Positions 16,380 through 26,381 of a stretch of 40,933 nucleotides of DNA are shown piece after piece. The position numbers were made by a program, and so were the translations under genes. The notes below the pieces were generated by a model that made no database searches, was not told the origin of the DNA, and saw nothing but the letters and a program-made list of their open reading frames with translations. Numbering within the stretch: position 1 is the first letter of the stretch; the number at the start of each line of letters is the position of its first letter. The DNA comes from Actinomycetota bacterium (lineage in GTDB: Bacteria; Actinomycetota; Actinomycetes; Nanopelagicales; Nanopelagicaceae), in assembly GCA_016195215.1 (NCBI GenBank), contig JACPZY010000092.1, positions 1 to 40,933 on the forward strand, read 5' to 3'.

Positions 16380-17540
16380 CTACTGCGCTAATGCGCACAT
16401 CAGCGCTTCAATGGTTAGGAGTGGAGCGGCGTTGTAACTCAGATTTGTCCGCGCTTGCATGATCGCATTTAACTTCTCAAGGTTCTTCTCTGGAGTGGTT
16501 CTTCCCGCCATCTCCGTGATTTCCCCTTCCAGTTCTTTATTAAGAAGCAACGCAGTAGAAGCAAAAGAGGAAAATTGCACCATCAGAACATCACGATATA
16601 AAGTGGCAAGGTCGAGCAGGGCTCCATCGAGTGAATCTCTCACCATCCGAGTGGCGCGAGATTTCTGTTCTTTCTCTAACTCTTTGAGAGCCTTTGCTCC
16701 CCCTGCTGCCATACCGCGTCCGGTAGCACCTTGACCCCACGCTTGGCCAAGTTCGCGCGATTCCTTCTCGGATCGTGCTTCCGATTCCGTATCTGCCTCT
16801 TGAGTTGCGAGCTCAACGAGAGTGGCAGCTGCAGAGAAAGCGGCGGCGAGAGTTGTCAAGTGAAATGGCAAATTCATAATGGTCTTTCGGCGCGTGCGGA
16901 TACTCTCATCATTTGCTAAATGACGGGCGCGCCCAATATGACCCTGACTTACCCGCGCCGCGAAGTCGGCCAGCGCGGGAGAAATGCCATCTCTGCGAAC
17001 GAGGAGTTCGGCCACATCCGCGGTGGAAGGTGTGCGCAGTTGGAGGTGACGCGTGCGGGAACGGATCGTGGGTAGAACATCAGAAAGGGTTGGGGCGCAG
17101 AGAAGCCAGACAGTCCGTGCCCCCGGCTCCTCAATTGCCTTGAGAAGGGCATTGGCCGCAGATTCGGTAAGCCTGTCAGCATCTTCCATCACCACAACCC
17201 GCCAGCCGCCCAGGCTCGGCGCCCAGGCCACCCGTTGGAGGAGCTCCCGGATTTCATCCACCTTGATGGAGAGCCCTTCCGTTCGCACGATTTCAACATC
17301 TGGGTGGCTGCCCGCCTGAGCGGAGCGACAGTCAATACAGGTTCCACATCCACCTGCGGGACAGATGAGGGCCGCCGCAAAGGCAACTGCGGCGCTCGAG
17401 CGCCCACTTCCCGGTGGACCAGTGAAGAGCCACGCATGTGTCATTTCCTGCGACTCTTCCCCGTTACGTGCTGCCTGCACCGCATCTTGGAGTGCCAGAA
17501 CAATGTGCGATTGCCCGACCAGCTCTGCGAAGAGAGACAC
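16380..17540 (-). CDS. holB: DNA polymerase III subunit delta-prime
   Basis: HAWLFTGPPGSGRS, a CGTCIDCRS zinc module and SRTRHLQL. It has conserved actinobacterial synteny next to tmk and topA. Confidence 0.85.
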   Translation of the reverse strand: MSLFAELVGQSHIVLALQDAVQAARNGEESQEMTHAWLFTGPPGSGRSSAAVAFAAALICPAGGCGTCIDCRSAQAGSHPDVEIVRTEGLSIKVDEIRELLQRVAWAPSLGGWRVVVMEDADRLTESAANALLKAIEEPGARTVWLLCAPTLSDVLPTIRSRTRHLQLRTPSTADVAELLVRRDGISPALADFAARVSQGHIGRARHLANDESIRTRRKTIMNLPFHLTTLAAAFSAAATLVELATQEADTESEARSEKESRELGQAWGQGATGRGMAAGGAKALKELEKEQKSRATRMVRDSLDGALLDLATLYRDVLMVQFSSFASTALLLNKELEGEITEMAGRTTPEKNLEKLNAIMQARTNLSYNAAPLLTIEALMCALAQ

Positions 17541-17545
17541 AGTTC

Positions 17546-19621
17546 TTACTTCTCTCTCGGTTTACGTTTGAGTCCTTGCGGAATTCGACTGGTTCGCTCT
17601 TTCTTTGGAATCTTGCTCAATGCTGGCAGTTCTGCAACCCGCGTAATAATCGTATGTTGAATATCCGCCAGGCTCATCTGTGCATCGACGACTAAATAAC
17701 GTTCGGGGTCCAGGACGGCCAACTGGAGAAACTCTTGGCGAATTCTCTCGTGGAAGGCGAGGGGCTCTGCCTCAAGTCGATCCTTTTTCTTGAGCCGAGA
17801 TAGGCCGACTTCAGCTGGAAGATCAAGTACCACTGTAAGAGTTGGGAAGAGGGACTCGGTTGCCCAACGCGAAATTCGAGCAACTTCACCAGGTTCAAGA
17901 ACTCGACCGGCACCTTGATAGGCAATGGAAGAATCAAAGTACCGATCCGTGATGACGATTTCGCCCGCTTCCAGAGCTGGACGGATTACAGAATGAACGT
18001 GGTGGGCACGGTCGGCTGCATAAAGTAAAGCCTCGGCCCGCGGGGAAATATCACCGGTTGAATGGGAGAGCAAGATTTCTCTAAGACCCTTGCCAAGATC
18101 GGTGCCGCCGGGCTCGCGAGTTTGAAGAACTTCATGTCCTTCACTCTCGAGCCATTTCTTTAACAACTTCACTTGCGTGGATTTACCAGATCCCTCTCCG
18201 CCTTCAAATGCAATGAAAAGACCCTTGGTCGATGCGCCGGTAATGGATCCAAGTTCCCCCTTGATCGCATTTGAAATATCGCTCCAAATAGAAATATTGG
18301 GGCGATCCTTCATCTGCTGGTAGGAGACCACGCCAATAAGTGAAGCAACCACGCCTGCAATTAGTATTGTTATGGCCGCCCCGTTGTAACTCACGTTGGT
18401 ATTTTGAATACTTACACTGTGCCGTCCCACCGCCGCCGCGATAAGTGGCGATATCGCAAGAACGGCCACGAGTGTCACTCGGATGAGCGATTGCATAAAG
18501 GCAAAGGTACGGCCGCGCACATCGTCGGCAACTTCCATTCCTAGCATTGTGAAACCAGTTACCCAGCAGACGCCGGAAAAAGAGCCGAGAACTATGACGA
18601 TTAAGACGGCCAGAACTAAGTTGGGGATAAGCGCGAGAAGAACAAGGAATAATCCTGCGATGGTCAGCGAGGCGCCGAAGAGCCGGCGCCGAGAGAACTG
18701 CGCAAATACCTTAGGTCCAAAGGCAATACCTATAGCCAGACCGGTGAAAACTGACCCGAATAGAACACCGTATGCGGCATCGCCACCACCGAGGTCTCCG
18801 ACAAAGGTTCGGGCAAGACCGATAACTGCGCCGGCGGCGACAAATGCGCCGACCATTCCGACAATAAGACCGCGCACAATTTTAGATTTACTGACGAACC
18901 GCCAACCTTCAAGGAGCGACTTGGCAACTCCAACTTCGCTCGCGTTCTTCGATGCAGCTCCCTTTGGTATTTCATGCAGACCCCAGGCGGTCCATGCCCC
19001 GAAGGCGAAACTCGCTGCATTGATATAAAGCGCCGAATCGACTGAGTCGATTGTAAAGAAAGGTAGCGCACTTGCGAGCGCGCCATTTACAAGTGCTAAG
19101 AAGGAGAAGAGAACGGCGGCGATCGGCGCGCTGCCGTAGGCGGCTAATAATGAGACTTGATTGGCACTCTCCAATTTCTCCTTAGGCACTAAATTCGGAA
19201 CACTCGCCTCTTTTGCCGGCGACCAGAAGAGGGTGACACACTCAACCAGAATGGTGGCGATGTAGAGCCAGAGGTAATTACCGATGATAGGTATTGAAAT
19301 GTAAAAACCGGCACGGATAATATCCGTGACAATCATCAACCGACGGCGATCGAAGCGATCGGCGATTACTCCAGCAAGTGGTCCGAGGAAGACAGATGGG
19401 ACCAGGCGGGCGATGAAAACACCCGCGATCGCAAAGTTAGCCTTTGCGTAGTTGCCTCCTGAAAGTTGCTGGGCCATGGCCGTTGTCGCCAGAAGACCGA
19501 GCCAGTCCCCCAGGGAGGAGAAAGCCATCGATCGCCAGAGTTTGCGGAAGGCAGGGATGGCCATGACACCGCGCGTCTGATCCGGCGCGGGCGGGGTGGG
19601 GGTCGGAAACGAGCGTGCCAC
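17546..19621 (-). CDS. tmk: MFS-type membrane domain fused to dTMP (thymidylate) kinase
   Basis: The N-terminal portion of about 440 aa is polytopic and MFS-like. The C-terminal part carries FIAFEGGEGSGKSTQ, REPGGT and DRYFDSSIAYQGAGR, which are Tmk motifs. Confidence 0.85.
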   Translation of the reverse strand: MARSFPTPTPPAPDQTRGVMAIPAFRKLWRSMAFSSLGDWLGLLATTAMAQQLSGGNYAKANFAIAGVFIARLVPSVFLGPLAGVIADRFDRRRLMIVTDIIRAGFYISIPIIGNYLWLYIATILVECVTLFWSPAKEASVPNLVPKEKLESANQVSLLAAYGSAPIAAVLFSFLALVNGALASALPFFTIDSVDSALYINAASFAFGAWTAWGLHEIPKGAASKNASEVGVAKSLLEGWRFVSKSKIVRGLIVGMVGAFVAAGAVIGLARTFVGDLGGGDAAYGVLFGSVFTGLAIGIAFGPKVFAQFSRRRLFGASLTIAGLFLVLLALIPNLVLAVLIVIVLGSFSGVCWVTGFTMLGMEVADDVRGRTFAFMQSLIRVTLVAVLAISPLIAAAVGRHSVSIQNTNVSYNGAAITILIAGVVASLIGVVSYQQMKDRPNISIWSDISNAIKGELGSITGASTKGLFIAFEGGEGSGKSTQVKLLKKWLESEGHEVLQTREPGGTDLGKGLREILLSHSTGDISPRAEALLYAADRAHHVHSVIRPALEAGEIVITDRYFDSSIAYQGAGRVLEPGEVARISRWATESLFPTLTVVLDLPAEVGLSRLKKKDRLEAEPLAFHERIRQEFLQLAVLDPERYLVVDAQMSLADIQHTIITRVAELPALSKIPKKERTSRIPQGLKRKPREK

Positions 19622-19644
19622 GGGGTAAGGGTAGTGGGAACTGG

Positions 19645-22377
19645 CTATTTACTAGCGGTAACTGGTCTGGCCTTACCGGTCGCAGCCTTCTTTGCCGCCT
19701 TCTTTGCCGCGGCCTTTTTCACAGTGTTTTTCGTGAGGGTTGGGGCACTTTTTGCCGCCTTCTTTCTTCTCGATTTCTTAGCTCTCGGGGTTCCGCCATT
19801 CTCGGCTTCCCAGGCACGACGGCCGGCCAGTAATTCCAGGCCTCTCTCCAGGGTCAGTCCTTCAAGATTGTCACCGCGCCGCAGGGTCGCATTTGTCTCG
19901 CCATCGGTGACATACATTCCAAACCGTCCATCTTTGACGATGACCGGTTTCTGCGTCGATGGATCGAGGCCCAATTCTTTGAGAGGTGGCTTGGCGACAC
20001 CTCTGCGTCGCACCTTGGGTTCTTTATAAATTGCAACGGCCTCATCGAGAGAGAGTGAGAAGAGTTGTTCTTCACTTGTGAGCGTCCGTGAATCGGTGCC
20101 GCGTTTCAAGTATGGACCGTATCGTCCGTTCTGCACCGTGATGATCTCGCCAGTCTGCGAATCTGTCCCAAGAGTTCGGGGCAGGGAGAGTAATTTCATC
20201 GCATCTTCAAAAGTGATGGTGTCCAATGTCATTGTCGAAAGAAGGGAAGCGGTCTTTGCTTTCTCGCCCTTCTTCGCGTCCTCTGGCAGCACTTCGGAAA
20301 CATAAGGTCCAAAGCGTCCCGACTTTGCAATCAGATCGAGCCCAGTATCTGGATCGACTCCGAGCTCGCGCTCTCCTGATGGCTGGACCAGAATTTCCTT
20401 GGCCACTTCTAAAGTCAGTTCATCCGGAGCCATCGTCTCTGGGATGTTGGCCAGCTTTCGGTCATCGCCCTCACCCGCTTGCAGATAGGCGCCGTAACGA
20501 CCCACTCGAATTTGGATATCATCGCCCAGACGCATCGTATTTACTTCGCGTGCGTCAATCGCACCAAGATCTGCAGAGAGCTCATTTAAACCTGGCTGCC
20601 CATCATGGCCGTAGAAGAAATCTCGGAGCCAATCGACGCGCTGCGCTTCACCCGACGCGATCTTGTCAAGGTCCTCTTCCATGCTGGCCGTGAATTCATA
20701 ATCAACCAACTTTGAAAAATGCTGCTCAAGGAGCCCTGTCACCGAGAAGGCGAGGAAAGTAGGGACAAGTGCCCTTCCACGTTTGTAAACATAGCCGCGG
20801 TCTTGAATTGTCTGAATGATGGAGGCGAAAGTGGAGGGTCGTCCGATACCGAGCTCTTCCAATTTCTTCACTAAAGTCGGTTCGGTATATCGGGCCGGAG
20901 GCTTGGTTTCGTGCCCTTCGCACTTATATTCCGCTACTTTTATGACCTGTCCGATGCTCATGGCAGGCAGGCGACGGTCCTCGTTCTCCTCATCGCGCTT
21001 TTCATCTCTAGCGTTCTCATAGGAATCGTCGTAAGCGGCAAGGAAACCGTGAAAAGTAATGACAGAGCCGTTGGCTCTAAAGATGGTCTCTTTTCCGTCA
21101 TTGGTTGCGGCTTCAAAATCCACCCGCATCTGCATCTTCTTGGCATCGGCCATCTGCGATGCGACCGTTCGTTTCCAAATTAAATCATAGAGGGCAAATT
21201 CATCTCGCGAGAGTTCTGGCGCAAGCTCTCCGGGTGTGCGGAAACTATCGCCGGCTGGGCGAATCGCTTCATGTGCCTCTTGCGCATTCTTAGTTTTACT
21301 TGCATAAACCCGGGGAGAATCGGAGAGATGATCAGCGCCATAAAGTGCCTTGGCTGCATTTCGCGCGGCAGTAATTGCTTGCGCAGAGAGATTGACCGAG
21401 TCGGTACGCATATAAGTGATGTAGCCATTTTCATAAAGACGCTGTGCAATACGCATTGTGATCTGCGCACCCCATCCCAGCCGTCCACCTGCATCTTGCT
21501 GCAATGTAGAAGTAGTAAAAGGCGGCTTCGGCCGTTCGGTCCTGGGCGACTCTTCGATTGACTTTACTGTTAAGGGTGAACTTTGAAGTGAGCTGACTAA
21601 ATCTTCTGCACTAGCTTCATCGAGAACCAGTATGTTGACAAGTGACTTCTCCTTTACCGCGCCATCGGCACCAAAATCACTTGTCGCGGCGACCCGCTTG
21701 CTATCCACGCTTATAAGGCGTGCATTAAATCCAAGTTCGCACTGTGCAGAGAGATCCCACCAGGAAGATGAGATAAATGCCATCCGCTCTCGTTCTTTCT
21801 CCACAATAAGACGCGTTGCCACTGATTGGACTCGTCCAGCCGAGATACGTGGCATGACTTTCTTCCAGAGCACTGGCGAAAGTCGGTACCCAAAGAGCCG
21901 GTCTAATACGCGCCGCGTCTCTTGCGCATCGATGAGGTGGTAATCCAGATCGCGGGTCTCATTGACTGCTCTCTGAATCGCTTCTTCTGTGATTTCGTTA
22001 AAGACCATCCGCTTAATGGGAATTTTTGGTTGGAGCACTTCGACCAGGTGCCAGGCGATTGCTTCACCCTCGCGGTCTTCGTCCGTTGCCAGGATCAATT
22101 CCGCGGCGCCCTTCATGAGCCCCTTCAATTCAGCCACCTTGGCCTTCTTATCCGGGTTAATCACGTATAGCGGGGCAAAATCCTCCTCAATATTGACGCC
22201 CTCCTTGGCCCAGGCGATCCCTTTGTACTCCTTAGGGATGTCAGCGGCACGCTGTGGGAGATCGCGGATATGGCCGACACTAGCCTCGACGATGTACTCG
22301 TCGCCGAGGTAGCCGCCAATTTTCCGCGCTTTAGCAGGGGATTCAACAATCACCAGCTTCTTAAGGTTTTTTGCCAT
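19645..22377 (-). CDS. topA: DNA topoisomerase I
   Basis: TOPRIM start LVIVESPAKARKIGGYLG, catalytic Tyr region GYITYMRTDS, and a Lys/Ala-rich basic C-terminal tail typical of actinobacterial TopA. Confidence 0.95.
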   Translation of the reverse strand: MAKNLKKLVIVESPAKARKIGGYLGDEYIVEASVGHIRDLPQRAADIPKEYKGIAWAKEGVNIEEDFAPLYVINPDKKAKVAELKGLMKGAAELILATDEDREGEAIAWHLVEVLQPKIPIKRMVFNEITEEAIQRAVNETRDLDYHLIDAQETRRVLDRLFGYRLSPVLWKKVMPRISAGRVQSVATRLIVEKERERMAFISSSWWDLSAQCELGFNARLISVDSKRVAATSDFGADGAVKEKSLVNILVLDEASAEDLVSSLQSSPLTVKSIEESPRTERPKPPFTTSTLQQDAGGRLGWGAQITMRIAQRLYENGYITYMRTDSVNLSAQAITAARNAAKALYGADHLSDSPRVYASKTKNAQEAHEAIRPAGDSFRTPGELAPELSRDEFALYDLIWKRTVASQMADAKKMQMRVDFEAATNDGKETIFRANGSVITFHGFLAAYDDSYENARDEKRDEENEDRRLPAMSIGQVIKVAEYKCEGHETKPPARYTEPTLVKKLEELGIGRPSTFASIIQTIQDRGYVYKRGRALVPTFLAFSVTGLLEQHFSKLVDYEFTASMEEDLDKIASGEAQRVDWLRDFFYGHDGQPGLNELSADLGAIDAREVNTMRLGDDIQIRVGRYGAYLQAGEGDDRKLANIPETMAPDELTLEVAKEILVQPSGERELGVDPDTGLDLIAKSGRFGPYVSEVLPEDAKKGEKAKTASLLSTMTLDTITFEDAMKLLSLPRTLGTDSQTGEIITVQNGRYGPYLKRGTDSRTLTSEEQLFSLSLDEAVAIYKEPKVRRRGVAKPPLKELGLDPSTQKPVIVKDGRFGMYVTDGETNATLRRGDNLEGLTLERGLELLAGRRAWEAENGGTPRAKKSRRKKAAKSAPTLTKNTVKKAAAKKAAKKAATGKARPVTASK

Positions 22378-22415
22378 AACCGCCTTCGGTATTTCAGGAG
22401 ACGAAACCGTACCCC

Positions 22416-24692
22416 TTAATACTCAATCATTGTTGATTTGCGGCGGTTATGAATGAGCGCTCCCACGATTACCGCGAATGCAGAGAGGCCGATGATGGTA
22501 CTTGTTGCACTTTGACCACCGAGTGACATGCTCACAATCGCAGGAGTAATCAAGAGACCGACCAGGTTCATAACCTTGATCAATGGGTTGATTGCTGGAC
22601 CTGCAGTGTCCTTAAATGGATCACCGACGGTGTCACCGATAATGGTTGCGGCATGTGCCTCTGAACCTTTACCGCCGTAATGACCATCTTCGACCATCTT
22701 CTTTGCGTTGTCCCAGGCACCACCTGAGTTGGCTAGGAATACGGCCATTAATGTTCCGGTTCCGATTGCGCCAGCGAGATAGGCGCCAAGTGAACCCACA
22801 CCAAGTCCGAAGCCGACAGCGATGGGTGCCATAACAGCAAGAAGTCCTGGGGTTGCAAGTTCACGGAGTGAGTCACGAGTGCAAATGTCAACAACGCGAC
22901 CATACTCGGGCTTCTCTGTGCCTTCCATGATTCCCGGATGTTCGAGGAACTGCTTACGAACTTCCACAACAACAGCGCCCGCTGCGCGCGATACGGCGTT
23001 GATTGCTAGACCTGAGAAGAGAAATACCACAGCAGCACCAATAATGAGGCCCACGAGGTTCCGCGGATTTGCGACATCAAGCACTCCTTGGAATTGAAGT
23101 GCGAGATTGGCTGCATTCTTGCCAGCAGACTCAACTGCACTCTTGATTGCATCGGTAAATGCGCCAAAGAGCGCCGTCGCAGCGAGTACCGCGGTCGCGA
23201 TGGCAATTCCCTTTGTGATTGCCTTGGTGGTATTGCCAACAGCATCAAGTGAAGTGAGGATCATTGAACCTTCACCCACAACATCCCCGGACATTTCTGC
23301 AATACCTTGTGCGTTATCAGAGATAGGTCCGAAGGTATCCATCGCGACGATTACACCAACAGTGGTTAACAAGCCGGTACCGGCGAGCGCGATAGCCAGA
23401 AGTGAAAGTACGATGCTTCCGCCACCGAGTAAGAAGGCGCCAAATACTGCGGATGCGATCAGAATCGCCGAATAAACAGCTGATTCGAAGCCTACGGAGA
23501 TACCCGAAAGTAGGACGGTTGCTGCGCCCGTTTGAGATGAAGCAGCGACGTCATTGACTGGTCGACGGCCCACTGAGGTGAAGAAACCAGTGAGAACTTG
23601 AATAGCTGCTGCGAGAACGATGCCGATTAATACTGCCCCGAAGGCAAGAACTCGTGGATTGGTTTTTCCAGCTTCAGCTACAGCAGCGGGAGAGAGGCCT
23701 GTAAGCAGACTGAATTCGCTTGGAAGATAGGTAAAGGTTGCAAGTCCCGTAAGAACAGCACTGATAACTGCTGACATGAAGAAGGATCGATTGATTGAAT
23801 CCATGGCAGTCTTATCTGTGCTGCGCATACGAGTAAGGAAGATTCCGATTACTGCAGTGACAGTTCCGATTGCGGGAACTATCAATGGGAAAATTAGTCC
23901 CGCATCACCAAAGCCCGCCTTACCAAGAATCAATGCCGCCACAAGAGTTACGGCATACGATTCAAAGAGATCAGCGGCCATACCGGCACAGTCGCCAACG
24001 TTATCTCCCACGTTATCTGCAATTGTCGCGGCGTTACGTGGATCATCTTCCGGAATATTCTTCTCAACTTTGCCAACGAGGTCGGCTCCGACGTCCGCTG
24101 CCTTGGTGAAGATACCTCCGCCAACACGCATGAACATCGCGACCATCGCCGCGCCAAAACCAAATCCCTCCAGTACTGCTGGTGCGTTCTCGCGATAAAT
24201 AATGACAACGAGCGAAGCTCCCACGAGACCGAGACCAACAGTTGTCATTCCAACGACGCCACCGGTTCGGAATGCAATTCGTACTGCCTTCTCTGCTGAT
24301 CTCTGTCGTGCCGCTTCTGCAACGCGTACATTGGCGCGGACGGCAAGCCACATACCGTTGTATCCAACGAGTGCACTAAAAATTGCGCCGACTAAGAAGA
24401 AGATAGAACGTCCGAAGCGGATATCTGCCGCACCAGGAAGAGAAAAAAGGAAGAAGAAAACGATTCCAACAAAATAGGAGAGTGTTCTAAATTGACGGCC
24501 GAGGTAAGCGGCAGCGCCCTCTTGAACCGCGGCGGCAATTTCACGCATTTTCTCTGTGCCTTCATCGGCAGCTAAAACCTGCGCTCTCAATGCCCAGGCA
24601 ATAGCCAGGGCGGCAAGTGAGATGGCAAGGACGATATAGACATATGTGAGGTTTGTTCCGGTGACTTGCACGAGAGAGCTAGCAGCTCGCAT
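22416..24692 (-). CDS. hppA: Membrane-bound H+-translocating pyrophosphatase, K+-independent type
   Basis: Contains DNVGDNVGDCAGMAADLFESY and GNTTKAITKG; the Lys in GNTTK marks the K+-independent class. The start was set to ATG at 24692, which is preceded by GGAGGAG. The ORF-track start at 24818 looks like an upstream extension. Confidence 0.9.
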   Translation of the reverse strand: MRAASSLVQVTGTNLTYVYIVLAISLAALAIAWALRAQVLAADEGTEKMREIAAAVQEGAAAYLGRQFRTLSYFVGIVFFFLFSLPGAADIRFGRSIFFLVGAIFSALVGYNGMWLAVRANVRVAEAARQRSAEKAVRIAFRTGGVVGMTTVGLGLVGASLVVIIYRENAPAVLEGFGFGAAMVAMFMRVGGGIFTKAADVGADLVGKVEKNIPEDDPRNAATIADNVGDNVGDCAGMAADLFESYAVTLVAALILGKAGFGDAGLIFPLIVPAIGTVTAVIGIFLTRMRSTDKTAMDSINRSFFMSAVISAVLTGLATFTYLPSEFSLLTGLSPAAVAEAGKTNPRVLAFGAVLIGIVLAAAIQVLTGFFTSVGRRPVNDVAASSQTGAATVLLSGISVGFESAVYSAILIASAVFGAFLLGGGSIVLSLLAIALAGTGLLTTVGVIVAMDTFGPISDNAQGIAEMSGDVVGEGSMILTSLDAVGNTTKAITKGIAIATAVLAATALFGAFTDAIKSAVESAGKNAANLALQFQGVLDVANPRNLVGLIIGAAVVFLFSGLAINAVSRAAGAVVVEVRKQFLEHPGIMEGTEKPEYGRVVDICTRDSLRELATPGLLAVMAPIAVGFGLGVGSLGAYLAGAIGTGTLMAVFLANSGGAWDNAKKMVEDGHYGGKGSEAHAATIIGDTVGDPFKDTAGPAINPLIKVMNLVGLLITPAIVSMSLGGQSATSTIIGLSAFAVIVGALIHNRRKSTMIEY

Positions 24693-24884
24693 TTCTCCTC
24701 CATTGGAGATCGGGGGCAAAGATGACCAGAGTGTACGCATAGAGTCCGCCCTAACCCCAAATCGCCCTCGGTTGTACCTATCTATTGCGCCACCCCCCGC
24801 CAAACTGCGCCATCTCATGGGTGCGCTCGCGATTAAAAAACGGAATCGCTACGCCTCGCCCATGTCGATTTCGCCTTTGGCCAG

Positions 24885-25544
24885 ATGGGGTTATGGTTGC
24901 GACCTATGAACCTCCTAGATGCTAAATCGATCATCGCGGATCTAGGACTTCTGGGAATCCTGGGAGCTCTCTTTGCTGAGACCGGCCTGCTCATCGGTCT
25001 GGTTCTGCCAGGGGATTCACTCCTCTTTGTCGCGGGCCTGGCGGCCTCTGGATCGGCAGCGGCAGTACTTGGTGGGGTCCATCTCCCTGTTTTAGGCCTC
25101 TTTATCGGCGCACCGGTGGCAACGATCCTTGGCTCGCAGTTAGGACATTACATAGGCCACCGTTTTGGGCGCCCACTCTTTGACCGTCCAGATGGCCGCA
25201 TCTTCAATCGCTCACGCGTGGTTGCGACAGAGAAGTGGTTGAAAAAATACGGGCCTGGTCGGGCTATCGTCCTTGCCCGGTACGTTCCATTTGTGCGCAC
25301 CCTCATTAATCCCCTCTGTGGGATTGTTCGGATACCAGCATCGCAATTTTTACTCTGGAATGTTATTGGCGGAATTTTATGGTCAGATGGAATCGCCCTC
25401 CTTGGCTACATACTTGGAGAGAAACTTAAAGGCTCTATCGATTCCTACTTACTTCCCATAATTGGGGTGATCATTCTGTTAAGCCTTCTGCCGCTGGGAG
25501 TTGAGATCATCCGTGAGATGCGGACAAAGCGCCACCTCAGTTAA
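24885..25544 (+). CDS. DedA/SNARE-associated family membrane protein
   Basis: FAETGLLIGLVLPGDSLLFVAG and ARYVPFVRT motifs. An alternative start is ATG at 24906. Confidence 0.8.
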   Translation: MGLWLRPMNLLDAKSIIADLGLLGILGALFAETGLLIGLVLPGDSLLFVAGLAASGSAAAVLGGVHLPVLGLFIGAPVATILGSQLGHYIGHRFGRPLFDRPDGRIFNRSRVVATEKWLKKYGPGRAIVLARYVPFVRTLINPLCGIVRIPASQFLLWNVIGGILWSDGIALLGYILGEKLKGSIDSYLLPIIGVIILLSLLPLGVEIIREMRTKRHLS

Positions 25545-25552
25545 TTAACTTC

Positions 25553-25584
25553 GGTAATCCCACCAATCGTTAATACGCCCCCCT
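25553..25584 (+). repeat. Copy 1 of a 32-bp direct repeat (ggtaatcccaccaatcgttaatacgcccccct)
   Basis: It matches 26229-26260 at 28 of 32 positions, including an exact 17-mer ccaccaatcgttaatac (25560-25576 versus 26236-26252). Confidence 0.8.
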
Positions 25585-25693
25585 TTCGATCAGTGTGTTG
25601 GTGTCCTGGACCATCTGCTTTAGAACTCGAGGCCAAGTACCCAGCGTCTAACTTCTGATGAAGCGAATAGGCAGGAAAGTCTTACAACAACGA

Positions 25694-26122
25694 TCAGGTG
25701 ATGCGCAGTGACCCATCGTCATTGAAATCAAATGCTCCCCAGGCGACTTCCCACAAGTATCCATCTGGATCAGTGAAGTACGCGGAGTAACCGCCCCAAA
25801 AGGTATCGGCAGCGGGCTTAACAATGTGGGCACCCGCCGCTACAGCAGTTGCCAATACTTCATCCACCTCGCCCCGTTCCCTCACGTTGTGTGCCAAAGT
25901 GATTCCGGAAAACTTCGAGCGTGGCTCATTCCAGTCGGGGCCAATGTCGTCAGCGAGATCTTGGTATGGGTAGAGCGCGAGTGTGACGCCGTGTGTTTGG
26001 AAGAAGACGATACCGCTTGCAGGCGACCGGGTGGTTGACAGTTTAAGTCCATCCCTATAGAAACGGCACGAACGCTCAAGATCCGCCACACCTAAAGTGA
26101 TAATCGAAATACGGGGTTCCAT
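25694..26122 (-). CDS. VOC family protein (glyoxalase/bleomycin-resistance fold)
   Basis: 142 aa with ISIITLGVADLERSCRFYRDGL and FTDPDGYLWEVAW, which are typical VOC motifs. Confidence 0.8.
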   Translation of the reverse strand: MEPRISIITLGVADLERSCRFYRDGLKLSTTRSPASGIVFFQTHGVTLALYPYQDLADDIGPDWNEPRSKFSGITLAHNVRERGEVDEVLATAVAAGAHIVKPAADTFWGGYSAYFTDPDGYLWEVAWGAFDFNDDGSLRIT

Positions 26123-26228
26123 TGTCGGAGATTACTACTCATCTAGTACTTCCCGCCGAAGGCGGTGCTACACACTTACGTCAAAGTTCGGATAGCAAAT
26201 GTCTACGAGAAAGAACCGTACTGCCCCT

Positions 26229-26260
26229 GGCAATTCCACCAATCGTTAATACACCTCCCT
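26229..26260 (+). repeat. Copy 2 of the 32-bp direct repeat (ggcaattccaccaatcgttaatacacctccct)
   Basis: See copy 1. The two copies bracket the VOC gene at 25694-26122. Confidence 0.8.
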
Positions 26261-26381
26261 GAACACAATGATCCTGAAAAGATGCAAAAGATGAACTGCC
26301 CCAAAATCACCGATAGAAACTTTTAGTACGCGAGCGGACGGACGCAATCCATCCCACCTGCGTTTGCAGGGGTAACTTGTT

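Noticed and set aside
19645-19800. A repetitive Lys/Ala-rich coding stretch lies at the topA 3' end.
   Set aside because: This is the normal basic C-terminal tail of actinobacterial topoisomerase I. It is not an independent repeat element.
18483-20029. Long plus-strand ORFs (18483..19028 and 19466..20029) run antisense to tmk and topA.
   Set aside because: Their translations are low-complexity and Pro/Arg/Ala/Ser-rich, as is typical of antisense frames of GC-biased genes. They overlap strongly supported CDSs.
24693-24818. The ORF track gives hppA a 42-codon N-terminal extension.
   Set aside because: The internal ATG at 24692 is preceded by a strong GGAGGAG Shine-Dalgarno sequence, and the mature TM1 begins right after it. 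The extension has no pyrophosphatase-like sequence.
26357-26370. Hairpin CCTGC-GTTT-GCAGG lies 12 nt downstream of the Abi stop. A second small hairpin, CCGCC-GAA-GGCGG, lies near 26146-26158.
   Set aside because: Both have 5-bp stems with no following U-tract on the relevant strand. They are too weak to call intrinsic terminators.
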